Assembly: GCA_965222155.1 (NCBI GenBank)
Contig: CBDCTH010000012.1
Location: forward strand, 2,112,001 to 2,176,000
Reading direction: 5' to 3'
From: Gammaproteobacteria bacterium
GTDB taxonomy: Bacteria > Pseudomonadota > Gammaproteobacteria > Eutrophobiales > Eutrophobiaceae
Length of the DNA stretch: 64,000 nucleotides
Positions 19,468 to 29,200 of this stretch are shown here, one piece after another. The translations under genes and the position numbers were made by a program. Within the stretch, counting starts at the first letter, position 1, and each line of letters begins with the position of its first letter. The notes beneath the pieces are model-generated. The model saw only the letters and a list, made by a program, of their open reading frames with translations, did not search any database and had not been told where the DNA came from.

Positions 19468-20253
19468 ATGGATATCAGTTTTACCTTCGCCGGCTTTATT
19501 GTCGGCTTTATTATCGGTCTTACCGGGGTCGGCGGCGGCTCCCTGATGACGCCTATCCTTGTGCTCGTGTTCAGCATCAAACCGGCGATAGCAGTCGGAA
19601 CCGACCTGTTATATGCTGCCATAACCAAGGGAGGCGGCATTTTTTCCCACCATAAGCAGGGATCCATAGACTGGCGGATAGTCAGGTTGCTGTCTATGGG
19701 CAGCATCCCGGCTACATTGTCCGCGGTATTTATACTTCAACAACTGGCGAGCAGAGGCATCAACTATGAACCCATCATTACCTCTTCGCTCAGCCTGGCC
19801 CTGATCTTAACGTCACTGGTCATATTGTTTAAAAGCCAGTTACAGTCTCTTGGCAAAACGGAGCCGTTACAGTTCATCCGTGTCATCCACAGAAAACTAT
19901 GTACACCAATGACCATCCTTTCCGGTGCTATCATCGGCATACTGGTGACGCTCTCATCTGTTGGCGCCGGCGCTCTCGGTGCGGCGATTCTGTTTTTTCT
20001 CTATCCTCGCCTGAATACCGTCAGAATCGTCGGTACGGACCTCGCCCACGCAGTCCCCATTACCGCAATAGCCGGCCTGGGCCATTGGCACCTGGGCTCA
20101 GTGGACTTTCAATTACTGCTCAGCCTGGTTATAGGTTCGCTTCCGGGGATCTACCTGGGCAGCCATACCGGCCTGCATTTACCGGAAAAATTCATGCGGC
20201 TGCTGCTTGCCTTTATGTTATTACTGATTGGCGGGCGCCTCGCCATATTATAA
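19468..20253 (+). CDS. TauE/SafE (TSUP) family sulfite exporter/anion permease
   Basis: GLTGVGGGSLMTP, AVGTDL, SVGAGALG, VGTDLAHAVP; multiple transmembrane segments. Confidence 0.9.
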   Translation: MDISFTFAGFIVGFIIGLTGVGGGSLMTPILVLVFSIKPAIAVGTDLLYAAITKGGGIFSHHKQGSIDWRIVRLLSMGSIPATLSAVFILQQLASRGINYEPIITSSLSLALILTSLVILFKSQLQSLGKTEPLQFIRVIHRKLCTPMTILSGAIIGILVTLSSVGAGALGAAILFFLYPRLNTVRIVGTDLAHAVPITAIAGLGHWHLGSVDFQLLLSLVIGSLPGIYLGSHTGLHLPEKFMRLLLAFMLLLIGGRLAIL

Positions 20254-20281
20254 AAAAACCCCGCTGCAGCGGGGTCTTTTG
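20252..20281. terminator. Bidirectional intrinsic terminator
   Basis: aaaaaa-accccgct-gc-agcggggt-ctttt hairpin between convergent genes. Confidence 0.75.
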
Positions 20282-20304
20282 GGTAACTATCAATGCCGGG
20301 CGCC

Positions 20305-20532
20305 TCAGTTGAAATGATTTTGACGATAGTTATCAATCATTGCCGCCAGTTTATCTTTGACATACAGTTTTTCTTTTTTCAGGTTATCTAGCGCGTAACC
20401 GTCTATTGGTGCAGCCCCGGAATTAGCATTCTTTACTTTCTCCTTCAATTCGCCATGTCTTGAATAAAGCCGTTTAAAATTTTCATTTTCACTTAGCAAT
20501 GCATTGACGATCTCCTGCTCATATTCGAACAT
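20305..20532 (-). CDS. YdcH/DUF465 family small protein
   Basis: MFEYEQ...FKRLYSRHGEL...LKKEKLYVKD pattern; upstream ggagg ribosome-binding site. Confidence 0.8.
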   Translation of the reverse strand: MFEYEQEIVNALLSENENFKRLYSRHGELKEKVKNANSGAAPIDGYALDNLKKEKLYVKDKLAAMIDNYRQNHFN

Positions 20533-20684
20533 AGAAGCCTCCTTCGGGTTAGGTAAAATCGGAATGGAAAGAACACAATTAAAAGTTAGTCTATATTTTC
20601 ACAGACTACAAGCAAAATATATCTTATTATTAGCAGGATGACATTTCCCCAGCTTTTTATTGTTTAATCCGTATCTCACTGCCG

Positions 20685-21641
20685 ATGAGCGTTAATCCCA
20701 ACAACCTTAAACTCGTCCATATTATCTCCGGGACATGGTTGGTGCTTGTATTGATTGGCTACGCTTGCGCCACTCCAGATGACAAAGAGTCGTTCAACCT
20801 GATCGAGATTAGCCAGGGTATTTACGTTCACAAGGGCAAACACGTCGATTTGGAGCATATGGACCACGACGACATTGCCAATATCGGCTTCATAACAGGG
20901 GATGAATGTATCGCGGTCATTGACACGGGGGGCTCCGTGGCCATCGGCCATGCCCTTAAAAAAGCCATAAAAGGAATTTCCTCCCTGCCCGTTTGCTATG
21001 TCATTAATACCCATGTGCACTTCGACCATGTGCTGGGTAATATTGCATTCAATGAGTATGAACCTGAATTCGTCGGACATGAAAACCTCGTCGAGGAGAT
21101 GGAGCATAACCGTTCCTTCTTCCTGTCGGAATTTGCTGCCGACCTGGGAGAAAACCCGGGAGATGCCTCGATTATCGGGCCTGATATTGCCGTTTCCGAC
21201 CGGCTTGACCTGGACCTGGGCAACCGTGTGATTTCGCTCAGTGCGCACCCCCCTTCCCACTCTTATACCGATTTATCGATTTACGATAATAATACCGGGA
21301 CCCTGTGGCTCTCCGACCTGCTTTTCATTAACAGAATCCCGGTCCTGGACGGCAGACTGAAAGGCTGGTTGAAGACCATGGAGGCATTAAAATTACAGCA
21401 GGCAAACCACGTCATCCCCGGTCACGGCACCATCACCCTGCCCTGGCCCGATGCGTCAAACGCCCAGTTCAGCTACCTGAACATGCTGCTGAACGACACC
21501 AGAAAGGAAATCGAAGAGGGAACGTTCATGGAAGAGGTGGTCGATAGCGTCGGCAAGTCAGAGAAAACCGAATGGCTGCTGCACGAACAAAACCATAGAC
21601 GCAACGTCACCAGGGCCTTCACCGAACTGGAATGGGAGTAA
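20685..21641 (+). CDS. Exported metallo-beta-lactamase-fold protein (quinoprotein relay system zinc metallohydrolase/SoxH-like)
   Basis: Signal-like N-terminus, ANIGFI, VIDTGG, THVHFDHVLGN, IPGHG, C-terminal ELEWE. Confidence 0.8.
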   Translation: MSVNPNNLKLVHIISGTWLVLVLIGYACATPDDKESFNLIEISQGIYVHKGKHVDLEHMDHDDIANIGFITGDECIAVIDTGGSVAIGHALKKAIKGISSLPVCYVINTHVHFDHVLGNIAFNEYEPEFVGHENLVEEMEHNRSFFLSEFAADLGENPGDASIIGPDIAVSDRLDLDLGNRVISLSAHPPSHSYTDLSIYDNNTGTLWLSDLLFINRIPVLDGRLKGWLKTMEALKLQQANHVIPGHGTITLPWPDASNAQFSYLNMLLNDTRKEIEEGTFMEEVVDSVGKSEKTEWLLHEQNHRRNVTRAFTELEWE

Positions 21642-21670
21642 GAGAAGCGGCCGGTCTGTTCCCTGGCCGG

Positions 21671-23332
21671 TTACATATTGGGATAATTCGGTCCTCCCCC
21701 ACCCTCAGGGGCCACCCAGACAATGTTCTGGGTCGGGTCCTTGATATCACAGGTCTTGCAATGTACGCAGTTTTGCGCATTGATCTGTAATTTCGGATTG
21801 TCATCCTCGGTAATAATCTCATAGACACCGGCGGGGCAGTAGCGTTGCTCCGGCGCCGCGTACAGTTTCAAATTCGTATCGATGGGAACCTTTTCGTCTT
21901 TCAGGGTCAGATGGCAGGGTTGATCCTCTTCATGGTTGGTATTGGAGATGAATACTGAAGAGAGCTTGTCAAAACTTAACACACCGTCTGGTTTCGGATA
22001 ATCGATCTCCTTGCAGTCCGCAGCAGGCTTCAGACATTCGTGGTCCGCTTGTCTGTCAGTCAGAGTTAACGGCAACCTGCCGGAAAAAACGGATTGATCG
22101 ATTAAATTGAACGCGGCTCCCAGGTACAACCCGAATTTGTGCAGGGCAGCGCCGAAATTCCGGGACCGGTGTATATCGCCATGAGCCCAGGAGGCCAGAA
22201 AATTTTCGCCATAGGCAACCAGGTCTTTTCCTGCGGCGCCTTCCGTTTCGAGTTCCGACATCAGGGTTTGCGCGGCTACCATGCCTGATTTCATGGCGGT
22301 ATGCGTCCCTTTGATCTTCGCGTAATTCAGCGTTCCTGCGTCACATCCGACCAGTAATGCACCGGGCATGGACATCTTCGGCAGCGAATTCAATCCACCC
22401 TTGGTGATAGACCGGGCACCGTACGCCAGGCGTCTGCCGCCGGTCAGGGTTTTCGCTACCAGGGGATGGTGTTTAAAGCGTTGAAATTCATCAAAAGGGC
22501 TGATGTGCGGATTGGAATAATTCAGGTCTATGATCAATCCCACCACCACCTGGTTCTGTTCCAGGTGATACAGGAAAAAACCGCCGGACGCATCAGCGGA
22601 TAACGGCCAGCCCGAACCGTGCACTACCAGTCCGGGCTGGAAATTCTGCGAGTCCACCTCCCACAGTTCCTTGATACCCAGACCGTAGTGTTGCGGGTCA
22701 CAGCCCTCGTCAAGCTTATATCTGTCGATGAGTTGCCGGCCCAGGTGCCCGCGGCTGCCCTCGGCAAACACCGTATACCTGGCATGGAGTTCCATACCCG
22801 GTTCATAGGCGTCCTTCCTCTCTCCGGCAGCGGATATGCCCATGTCTCCCGTTGCCACGCCTGTTACACAGCCCGCAGCATCGAACAGGATTTCCGTCGC
22901 CGCAAAGCCGGGATATATCTCAACCTCAAGCGCCTCCGCCTGCTCCGCCAGCCAACGGCAAACATTCCCCAGGCTGACAATATAATTGCCTCGATTGTGC
23001 ATGCTTGCGGGAACAATGAGGCCGGGAACCTTGATAGCGGACTTATCGCTCGTCAGGAAGTACACGAGGTCCCGGCTGACCGCTGTGTTTAACGGGGCTC
23101 CCTGTTGTTTCCAGTCGGGGATCAGTTCGTCCAGGGCACGCGGTTCAAGCACGGCCCCCGAAAGAATATGGGCGCCGACCTCAGAGCCTTTCTCCAACAG
23201 ACAGACACTGACGTCCCGGTCTTGCTGCTGTGCCAGGGTCTTGAGGTGAATGGCTGTCGCCAGTCCGGCCGGTCCTCCACCGACAACGACCACGTCGTAT
23301 TCCATCGACTCGCGCTGTATGGACTCAGTCAT
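21671..23332 (-). CDS. Electron transfer flavoprotein-ubiquinone oxidoreductase
   Basis: RESMEYDVVVVGGGPAG, EKGSEVGAHILSG, C-terminal CPAGVYE and NCVHCKTCDIKDP Fe-S motif. Confidence 0.96.
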   Translation of the reverse strand: MTESIQRESMEYDVVVVGGGPAGLATAIHLKTLAQQQDRDVSVCLLEKGSEVGAHILSGAVLEPRALDELIPDWKQQGAPLNTAVSRDLVYFLTSDKSAIKVPGLIVPASMHNRGNYIVSLGNVCRWLAEQAEALEVEIYPGFAATEILFDAAGCVTGVATGDMGISAAGERKDAYEPGMELHARYTVFAEGSRGHLGRQLIDRYKLDEGCDPQHYGLGIKELWEVDSQNFQPGLVVHGSGWPLSADASGGFFLYHLEQNQVVVGLIIDLNYSNPHISPFDEFQRFKHHPLVAKTLTGGRRLAYGARSITKGGLNSLPKMSMPGALLVGCDAGTLNYAKIKGTHTAMKSGMVAAQTLMSELETEGAAGKDLVAYGENFLASWAHGDIHRSRNFGAALHKFGLYLGAAFNLIDQSVFSGRLPLTLTDRQADHECLKPAADCKEIDYPKPDGVLSFDKLSSVFISNTNHEEDQPCHLTLKDEKVPIDTNLKLYAAPEQRYCPAGVYEIITEDDNPKLQINAQNCVHCKTCDIKDPTQNIVWVAPEGGGGPNYPNM

Positions 23333-23335
23333 GAT

Positions 23336-23596
23336 TATCCGCAGATGGATATTTTATCCGCAGATTACGCAGATTTACGCAGATAAAATAAAACATTTCT
23401 CAGTGTATTCTGTGCCTCAGGGAAATTTATAGCTACATTCGCCGAGAAAACCTGCTTCGTTGCATCGCCAGCTGGCGGAACATCGAAATCCTGAGATACA
23501 AATATCAGTTCGGCTGAGAGAATGTCGAGATTATAGGGCTAAATCCCCTCCCAGTAAAAAAATAATCTGCGAAAATCTGCGTAATCTGCGGATAAT
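23336..23596. repeat. Intergenic region with two GCAGAT repeat clusters in opposite orientation
   Basis: tatccgcagattacgcagatttacgcagat (~23355-23385) and atctgcgaaaatctgcgtaatctgcggata (~23565-23594). Confidence 0.7.
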
Positions 23597-23597
23597 A

Positions 23598-24947
23598 TCA
23601 GCTGCGCCGGCGTTGTTTCAGGCTCTCTTCCAGTTGCTTCTTTCGTTTTTTCTCGCTGCTAACGTAGCCCAGCCAGGTTTGCGCGGCCTTGCGACTCCTC
23701 TTGTCTTTGCTGGCTTCGTTGAAGGCCGCAAGGGATGCGTCAAATTTCTGCGTCTCAAACAGCGCCAGCCCCAGCATGATATTAGCCTGGTCAGGACGCT
23801 TCAGGCCGCCTTTCTTGAACGCAGTGCGCAGAGATTTAACGGCTTCATCATACCGGTAAAGATTGATATAAGCCTGGGCGATGCGCATATCCAGGTCGCC
23901 ATCTTTGGATAACCGGGCAGCATGTTGTAAGGGCGGAAGCGATTTTTCATTCTCCTGGGCCTGCAACCAGGCCTGTGACAACAGCCTCAGGTTCCTGATA
24001 CTGTCCTCGATTTTACCTTCTTTCATTCCCTTATCCAGCACTACCGCAGCCTGGTGAGGAGCCTCATGCAGCATGTACAGGTTGGCCAGGTTCAGTTGCT
24101 GGTTACCTCTCTGCAACATATCTGCCTCATACAGCATTTCCAGGATGGACATCTGCTTATCCAGTCGTTTCAATTCCGAATAAGTGCCGGCCATGGTCAG
24201 CCAGTATTCCGTTTTGGGATAATAAACAACCAACTCCTTCAGCACCTTGAGCATATTCTCGTAATCGCCGAGATTGTAATAGTCCACCCGCAGCAACAGC
24301 ATCAGGTTTTCTTTCGGGACATCGCCGCGACCCTTGACCATGGCATAAGCCTTTTTCAGTGGAACAAGTGATTCCTTGTACTGCTCCAATTGATAATAGC
24401 CCTGACCCAGCAGCATGTAGGCATTTTCAGTAGGATTCTCCGTCAGGGCAAACCACCTGTTGATAATGTCTACCGCCTTTTTATAATCTTCGATAATGAA
24501 ATAAAGCTGGGCGAGGGTATACAGGGAATTGGTCTCCAGCGCCTCGGGCAAGTCCGGTTGCGCCAGCACTTTTTCATAAGAGGATATGGCGTCCTTGTAT
24601 CTTTCCAGGGTGAAATAGGTATAGGCAAAGTAATTGTACAACTGTGCCTTTTCATAGTTTGAAAGCTTCGGCTCATTTGCCAGTTCAGTTAATGCCGCCA
24701 ATCCCTGGTCGTAATTATTCACTTCAATCAGTTCCTGTGCCTCGGTCAATTTGTTGTAGACCTTTTCACTCATCGACGGCGTTTTCCTGGTCTTACGTTT
24801 CTCTCCCTTCTCCGATGATCCCTGCGCGAAGACCTCAGGAGAAGTTGACACAATGAGAGCGGGGACTATAGCGAGCACCAGCGCCAGCAACACTGTATGA
24901 AGAAGAAGGGACTTAACCGTTGTGTAACGAGTACTCATAGGCATCAA
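23598..24947 (-). CDS. TPR-repeat periplasmic protein of the TonB system (TtpD-like)
   Basis: Signal peptide, multiple TPR-like helical repeats; last gene of the TonB operon. Confidence 0.85.
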   Translation of the reverse strand: MMPMSTRYTTVKSLLLHTVLLALVLAIVPALIVSTSPEVFAQGSSEKGEKRKTRKTPSMSEKVYNKLTEAQELIEVNNYDQGLAALTELANEPKLSNYEKAQLYNYFAYTYFTLERYKDAISSYEKVLAQPDLPEALETNSLYTLAQLYFIIEDYKKAVDIINRWFALTENPTENAYMLLGQGYYQLEQYKESLVPLKKAYAMVKGRGDVPKENLMLLLRVDYYNLGDYENMLKVLKELVVYYPKTEYWLTMAGTYSELKRLDKQMSILEMLYEADMLQRGNQQLNLANLYMLHEAPHQAAVVLDKGMKEGKIEDSIRNLRLLSQAWLQAQENEKSLPPLQHAARLSKDGDLDMRIAQAYINLYRYDEAVKSLRTAFKKGGLKRPDQANIMLGLALFETQKFDASLAAFNEASKDKRSRKAAQTWLGYVSSEKKRKKQLEESLKQRRRS

Positions 24948-24956
24948 TCTCCTACG

Positions 24957-25586
24957 TTAATCCTCAAGTTCAAAAGTGATCTTGTTTTGTACGCCGGGCA
25001 CCTCGATAGGCTGGCCGTCAACGACGCGGGGCTTATACTTGAACTTGGCGGCTGCCTGCAGCGAGGCTTTGTCGAAAATGCCCGGAGGGACAGCCTCGAC
25101 AATCCGGATATCCTTTGTTGTGCCTGTTTTGGTTACGGTGAATTCAACGATCACGTAACCCTCGATGCCCCGTGACTGTGCCCGCCGGGGATAGATGGGC
25201 TGGACCTTGACGATGGGCAGATATTCGCCGTCGCTGGGCGCCAGGCCGAAACCGCTCGCATCCAGGTTGATATTCGTATTCACCGGGGCTGCCGACACAT
25301 GCACTGACTGCGCCTCCGGCGTTATGTTATCCATTGCCGGCGGGGGCGGTTCCGGTGGCGGCTGGTCCGGGGGCGGGGGCTTCTTCGGCGGCGGTTTACG
25401 GCGATTGACCACCTCATCAGGGTTTACCCGTACAAACTCCAGCATCCTGCCGGCTTCATCCTTGTCCAGGTCCCGATCCGCTATGTTAATCAGGTACTGC
25501 ATCAGCCAGAACAGGCCAAATACCACTATCAAGGCAGAACCACCGGCGATTAAGTAACGACCGACGATGAGGCTACGAACAAGCAT
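24957..25586 (-). CDS. tonB: Energy transducer TonB
   Basis: N-terminal transmembrane segment, Pro-rich linker, PIYPRRA..GIEGYVIVEF C-terminal domain. Confidence 0.93.
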   Translation of the reverse strand: MLVRSLIVGRYLIAGGSALIVVFGLFWLMQYLINIADRDLDKDEAGRMLEFVRVNPDEVVNRRKPPPKKPPPPDQPPPEPPPPAMDNITPEAQSVHVSAAPVNTNINLDASGFGLAPSDGEYLPIVKVQPIYPRRAQSRGIEGYVIVEFTVTKTGTTKDIRIVEAVPPGIFDKASLQAAAKFKYKPRVVDGQPIEVPGVQNKITFELED

Positions 25587-25603
25587 TCGAACAAAACCCG
25601 TCG

Positions 25604-26005
25604 TTATTTTTCGGCCGCAAGTGCGATGTTGGTCACACCTGCCTGGCGTGCGGCGTCCATAACCTCAACCAGCATTTTATTCTTGGATTCCTCATCCGCC
25701 TGAATAACAACCGAACCCTGTGGGTTTTCGGAGCGCAGGCGTTTGATATTCGGAATAACGGAACGGATGTCTATCTTCCTGCGGTCCAGCCAGATATTAT
25801 TGTTGGCATCAATCGCGATGAGTATATTTGCTTTTTTCTTTACTTCCGCGGTCGGCGCATCGGGTTTATTTACATCGATACCGGATTCCTTGACAAAGGT
25901 CGCCGTCACAATGAAGAAAATCAGCATGATGAATACTATGTCAATCAAAGGTGTTATATCAACCTGTGACTCATCATCGGCAGATCCACTGGTGATTCTA
26001 CGCAT
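25604..26005 (-). CDS. exbD: Biopolymer transporter ExbD
   Basis: DITPLIDIVFIMLIFFIVT, IQAD, VMD motifs. Confidence 0.93.
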   Translation of the reverse strand: MRRITSGSADDESQVDITPLIDIVFIMLIFFIVTATFVKESGIDVNKPDAPTAEVKKKANILIAIDANNNIWLDRRKIDIRSVIPNIKRLRSENPQGSVVIQADEESKNKMLVEVMDAARQAGVTNIALAAEK

Positions 26006-26031
26006 AGTTAAGCTTCCTCACAGCATATAAA

Positions 26032-26613
26032 TTAATGGTCCATCGTCAAGTGCTCGCTCAATTTCTCAACTTCTGAGTCAGCCTTGCTCTGTAACCAGAC
26101 ACTGATAAAATAGCCGGATAATGCCGCGACCATACCGGACATGGTCGGCACCGTCGCCTGTGAGACCCCGGCCGCCATGGCCCTGGCGTTACCGGTGCCC
26201 AGAAACGCCATTACCTCAAACACTGTGATCATCCCCGTCACCGTTCCCAGCAAACCTACCAGCGGGCACAAGGCGACGCAGGCCTTGATGGTTCCCAGGT
26301 ATTGATTCGCCCGGACCTTGGCATCAGAGATCAGGGCTTCACGCACCCGGCGGGCATTCCAGGATTTCCTTTCCGGACGCGTATCCCAGCGCTTAACGGC
26401 CCCCTCGGACAAGCGTGGTTGTTGGATCGAAAAATAAATAAACCGTTCCACAATACACAGCCACATGATGGCAAGCACTACAGCTACCAGGTACAACACC
26501 GGTCCACCCAGTTCCAGGAAGTCCCGGATGGCTTCCCACATATCGATGAAGCCCTGTTCGATCCCTACGAGGGATGTGATGCCGCGCAGGATTGAATAGA
26601 TAAGATCAGCCAT
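26032..26613 (-). CDS. exbB: MotA/TolQ/ExbB proton channel protein
   Basis: PLVGLLGTVTGMI, AGVSQATVPT motifs. Confidence 0.88.
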   Translation of the reverse strand: MADLIYSILRGITSLVGIEQGFIDMWEAIRDFLELGGPVLYLVAVVLAIMWLCIVERFIYFSIQQPRLSEGAVKRWDTRPERKSWNARRVREALISDAKVRANQYLGTIKACVALCPLVGLLGTVTGMITVFEVMAFLGTGNARAMAAGVSQATVPTMSGMVAALSGYFISVWLQSKADSEVEKLSEHLTMDH

Positions 26614-26634
26614 TTGTCATTATCAATAGTCGAA

Positions 26635-28041
26635 TCATGCTGCCTGGTGCTGTTGCTCCGATGCTTCTGCGACAAAACCGGTTGCCTGCCCTTCCAGAGT
26701 CTCGACAATCCTTCTGCTCTGGCCGGCCATGATACTGTGCAGAAATACCGTAGGGATGGCGACACACAAACCCAGCATCGTGGTGATCAAGGCCTGTGAA
26801 ATACCGCCGGCCATGAGTTTCGGGTCGCCGGTACCGAACATGGTAATTGACTGGAACGTCACGATCATGCCGATAACCGTACCCAATAATCCGAGCAACG
26901 GCGCAACCACGGAAATGACCTTGATCAGTGTGTTTAACCGGCTCAGTTTCGGCACCTCGCGTAATACCGCCTCACCCATCTTCAATTCCAGGGATTCCAC
27001 ATCGATGTTCTTGTTCTCATGATAAGCGAGCAATACCCGCCCAAGGGGATTACTCCTGGATGGATTATCCACATTGCGTACCTGTTTGGCTACCGACATA
27101 CCGACGCCCATCATGTAAAGAATCCTGAGCAGGGCTATGCTGATGCCGAAAATACCCAGGCCGATGATGATCCAGCCTACCGTCCCACCCTGGGTCGTAG
27201 CCCGTTCATACCAACTGGGCACATTAACCAACTGACCCAGCAACTGGCCTTTGGTCGGGTCCAGGCCTAATGGAATAAAACCGCCTTCAGCCTCAGCCAA
27301 CTCTTCGGCGCCGTTGACAAAGCGATCTTCCGGCTGGCGCAGCAGTTCGGAAATCTTCTGTGTTTCCGGATCATATTTAAGGTATTTGCCGGCGGCGACC
27401 AGGTTGAATACGCCTACCCTGATGACGTCTTTTTCCACTTCCTGGCCGTCAGGAAGAACAACGTCCGACTTGAAGCGCTTCACCTTGCCGGTCTCGGTCA
27501 TTTCCCGCTGGATCTCGAACCAGAGTTCTTCAATCTCTTCCAAAGACGCCAATTCACTCCCGGAACCCATTTTCTCCGCCAGCGAGGTGAGGAAATCACC
27601 GCGTCCGGGATATTCAATGTTGGTCAATGATGCATCAAAAGTAGCACGGGAATCGCCTGCTGCGGTCTGTAGTACGCCAAATAATTCCTTTAATGATCCC
27701 AGCGCCTGTTGCAGGTCCTGCTTCAGTATATCAATGTCGTCCTGGTTGGCCTCAAATTCCTTTTCCAAACGCTCACTGACCGCTTCAAGTACCGCCCTTT
27801 CCTGGTTGGCTTTCTTCAATAACCCGGCCTGGCTCGCCTTGTTACGTTTAAATTCGTCTTCTCTGGCCTTGTTTTCTTTGGATTCATCAATCCTGCCCTG
27901 CTGCACCTGTTTCAGTAACGTATCAAGTGACATCGCTTCATCGGCGGCAATGGCGGGAGACAGGTAACCTGAAAGCAATAAAATAACGATTAGGTATTGG
28001 TAAAGTTTCACGTCTGGGTCTCCTCTGTTACTGCGCCGCAC
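26635..28041 (-). CDS. Large MotA/TolQ/ExbB family protein (TtpC-like)
   Basis: Long periplasmic coiled coil plus APLLGLLGTVIGMI/AGGISQALITT; start probably GTG near 28011. Confidence 0.88.
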   Translation of the reverse strand: MRRSNRGDPDVKLYQYLIVILLLSGYLSPAIAADEAMSLDTLLKQVQQGRIDESKENKAREDEFKRNKASQAGLLKKANQERAVLEAVSERLEKEFEANQDDIDILKQDLQQALGSLKELFGVLQTAAGDSRATFDASLTNIEYPGRGDFLTSLAEKMGSGSELASLEEIEELWFEIQREMTETGKVKRFKSDVVLPDGQEVEKDVIRVGVFNLVAAGKYLKYDPETQKISELLRQPEDRFVNGAEELAEAEGGFIPLGLDPTKGQLLGQLVNVPSWYERATTQGGTVGWIIIGLGIFGISIALLRILYMMGVGMSVAKQVRNVDNPSRSNPLGRVLLAYHENKNIDVESLELKMGEAVLREVPKLSRLNTLIKVISVVAPLLGLLGTVIGMIVTFQSITMFGTGDPKLMAGGISQALITTMLGLCVAIPTVFLHSIMAGQSRRIVETLEGQATGFVAEASEQQHQAA

Positions 28042-28807
28042 TCACCGGCAGGATGAATATGTCGGGTGGAAGCTGCTTCCTGGCAATTTTCAATCCCTGG
28101 CGGATATAGTTGCGATACTCAGCAGAATCCAGCGGTACCCATTCCCTGTTTTCCTGATCCCATACACCGTTCTCTTTGCCGTCGTCGGTCTGATATACCA
28201 GCACAAGACGACCGAAACGCAAAACGTTCACCGGTCGTTCCTGGCCATTGACTTCGATTACTTCGCTGTATTCATCCAGGTCACCGCCGTAACTCGTCTC
28301 GATACGGTAGGCTTCAAGCACCAGGCGTAGCTTTTCAGCTGCGCTGATTCCGGCATCGCCGATATATTTTTTCACGTCCTCTACCCTTTTGCGGCGTTCT
28401 TCCATGTGAAAGGGGCGGTCAAGTTCGACAAACTGCTCCAGGGCGTTTGCCATTCTGAGCATAAGAGGAAAAATCTGGCGTTCAACTATCGCTATTTCGT
28501 CAATGGATTCAGCAATCGTATTTTTTTCCCGGTTCTGATCATCAACCTGTTTCTGCAATAGCGCGTTATAAACCTTGAGTCCGTCAATGACTTTCAGTTC
28601 ACGCCGATGCTTTGAGACCAGTTTCTCCGTATCACTCGCCGTTGTGTCGATACGTTTCTGTGACTCTACAGCATCCTGGTTACGGGCAAGGCCCTCATCC
28701 ACTACCTTGTCAATCTTGTCCTGGCTATAACTGATCGAATTGAATCCGAATATAAGACCCAACATTAATAACTTCCTGAAAGTTACTAATATTTTCATAG
28801 TACCCAT
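28028..28807 (-). CDS. DUF3450 family protein (TtpB-like)
   Basis: Signal peptide, coiled coil, LEQFVELDRPF..ER, EKLRLVLEAY..E..YG; first gene of the TonB operon. Confidence 0.85.
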   Translation of the reverse strand: MGTMKILVTFRKLLMLGLIFGFNSISYSQDKIDKVVDEGLARNQDAVESQKRIDTTASDTEKLVSKHRRELKVIDGLKVYNALLQKQVDDQNREKNTIAESIDEIAIVERQIFPLMLRMANALEQFVELDRPFHMEERRKRVEDVKKYIGDAGISAAEKLRLVLEAYRIETSYGGDLDEYSEVIEVNGQERPVNVLRFGRLVLVYQTDDGKENGVWDQENREWVPLDSAEYRNYIRQGLKIARKQLPPDIFILPVSAAQ

Positions 28808-29200
28808 AAGGAAATAACCTCCCCGCGCTGATTATATTAGGCAAATCTCAAAAATCCCTGCATTTGAACTGCATAATCCACTTCCGAATGATCGGCTTTT
28901 CGATATCCACACGTTGTTTTTTATTATTCTGTCCGATTTGACGAGAGTCAACCAGACAAACGGCGATTATACAACAGGAATTTATTAAATAAATATGAAA
29001 TTATGAAATTACGGATCGAAAACTGAACAAACATCATTCTATAACAACAACCGGACATGCGCAATTGTCAGCAGTGTTGTGTCAGCAGTGTTGTCCCTTC
29101 ATAAATTATTCCACGGCGTTCCCCGTCAACCGAAATCGTCTATCCTCCACCTGGTCCATGACTTCTGCTCCCTGATATCCGGCTATGAAGTTGAAATTGC

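Noticed and set aside
23336-23596. GCAGAT repeats as a CRISPR array
   Set aside because: Units are only 9-10 bp, have no unique spacers of regular length, and no cas genes are present.
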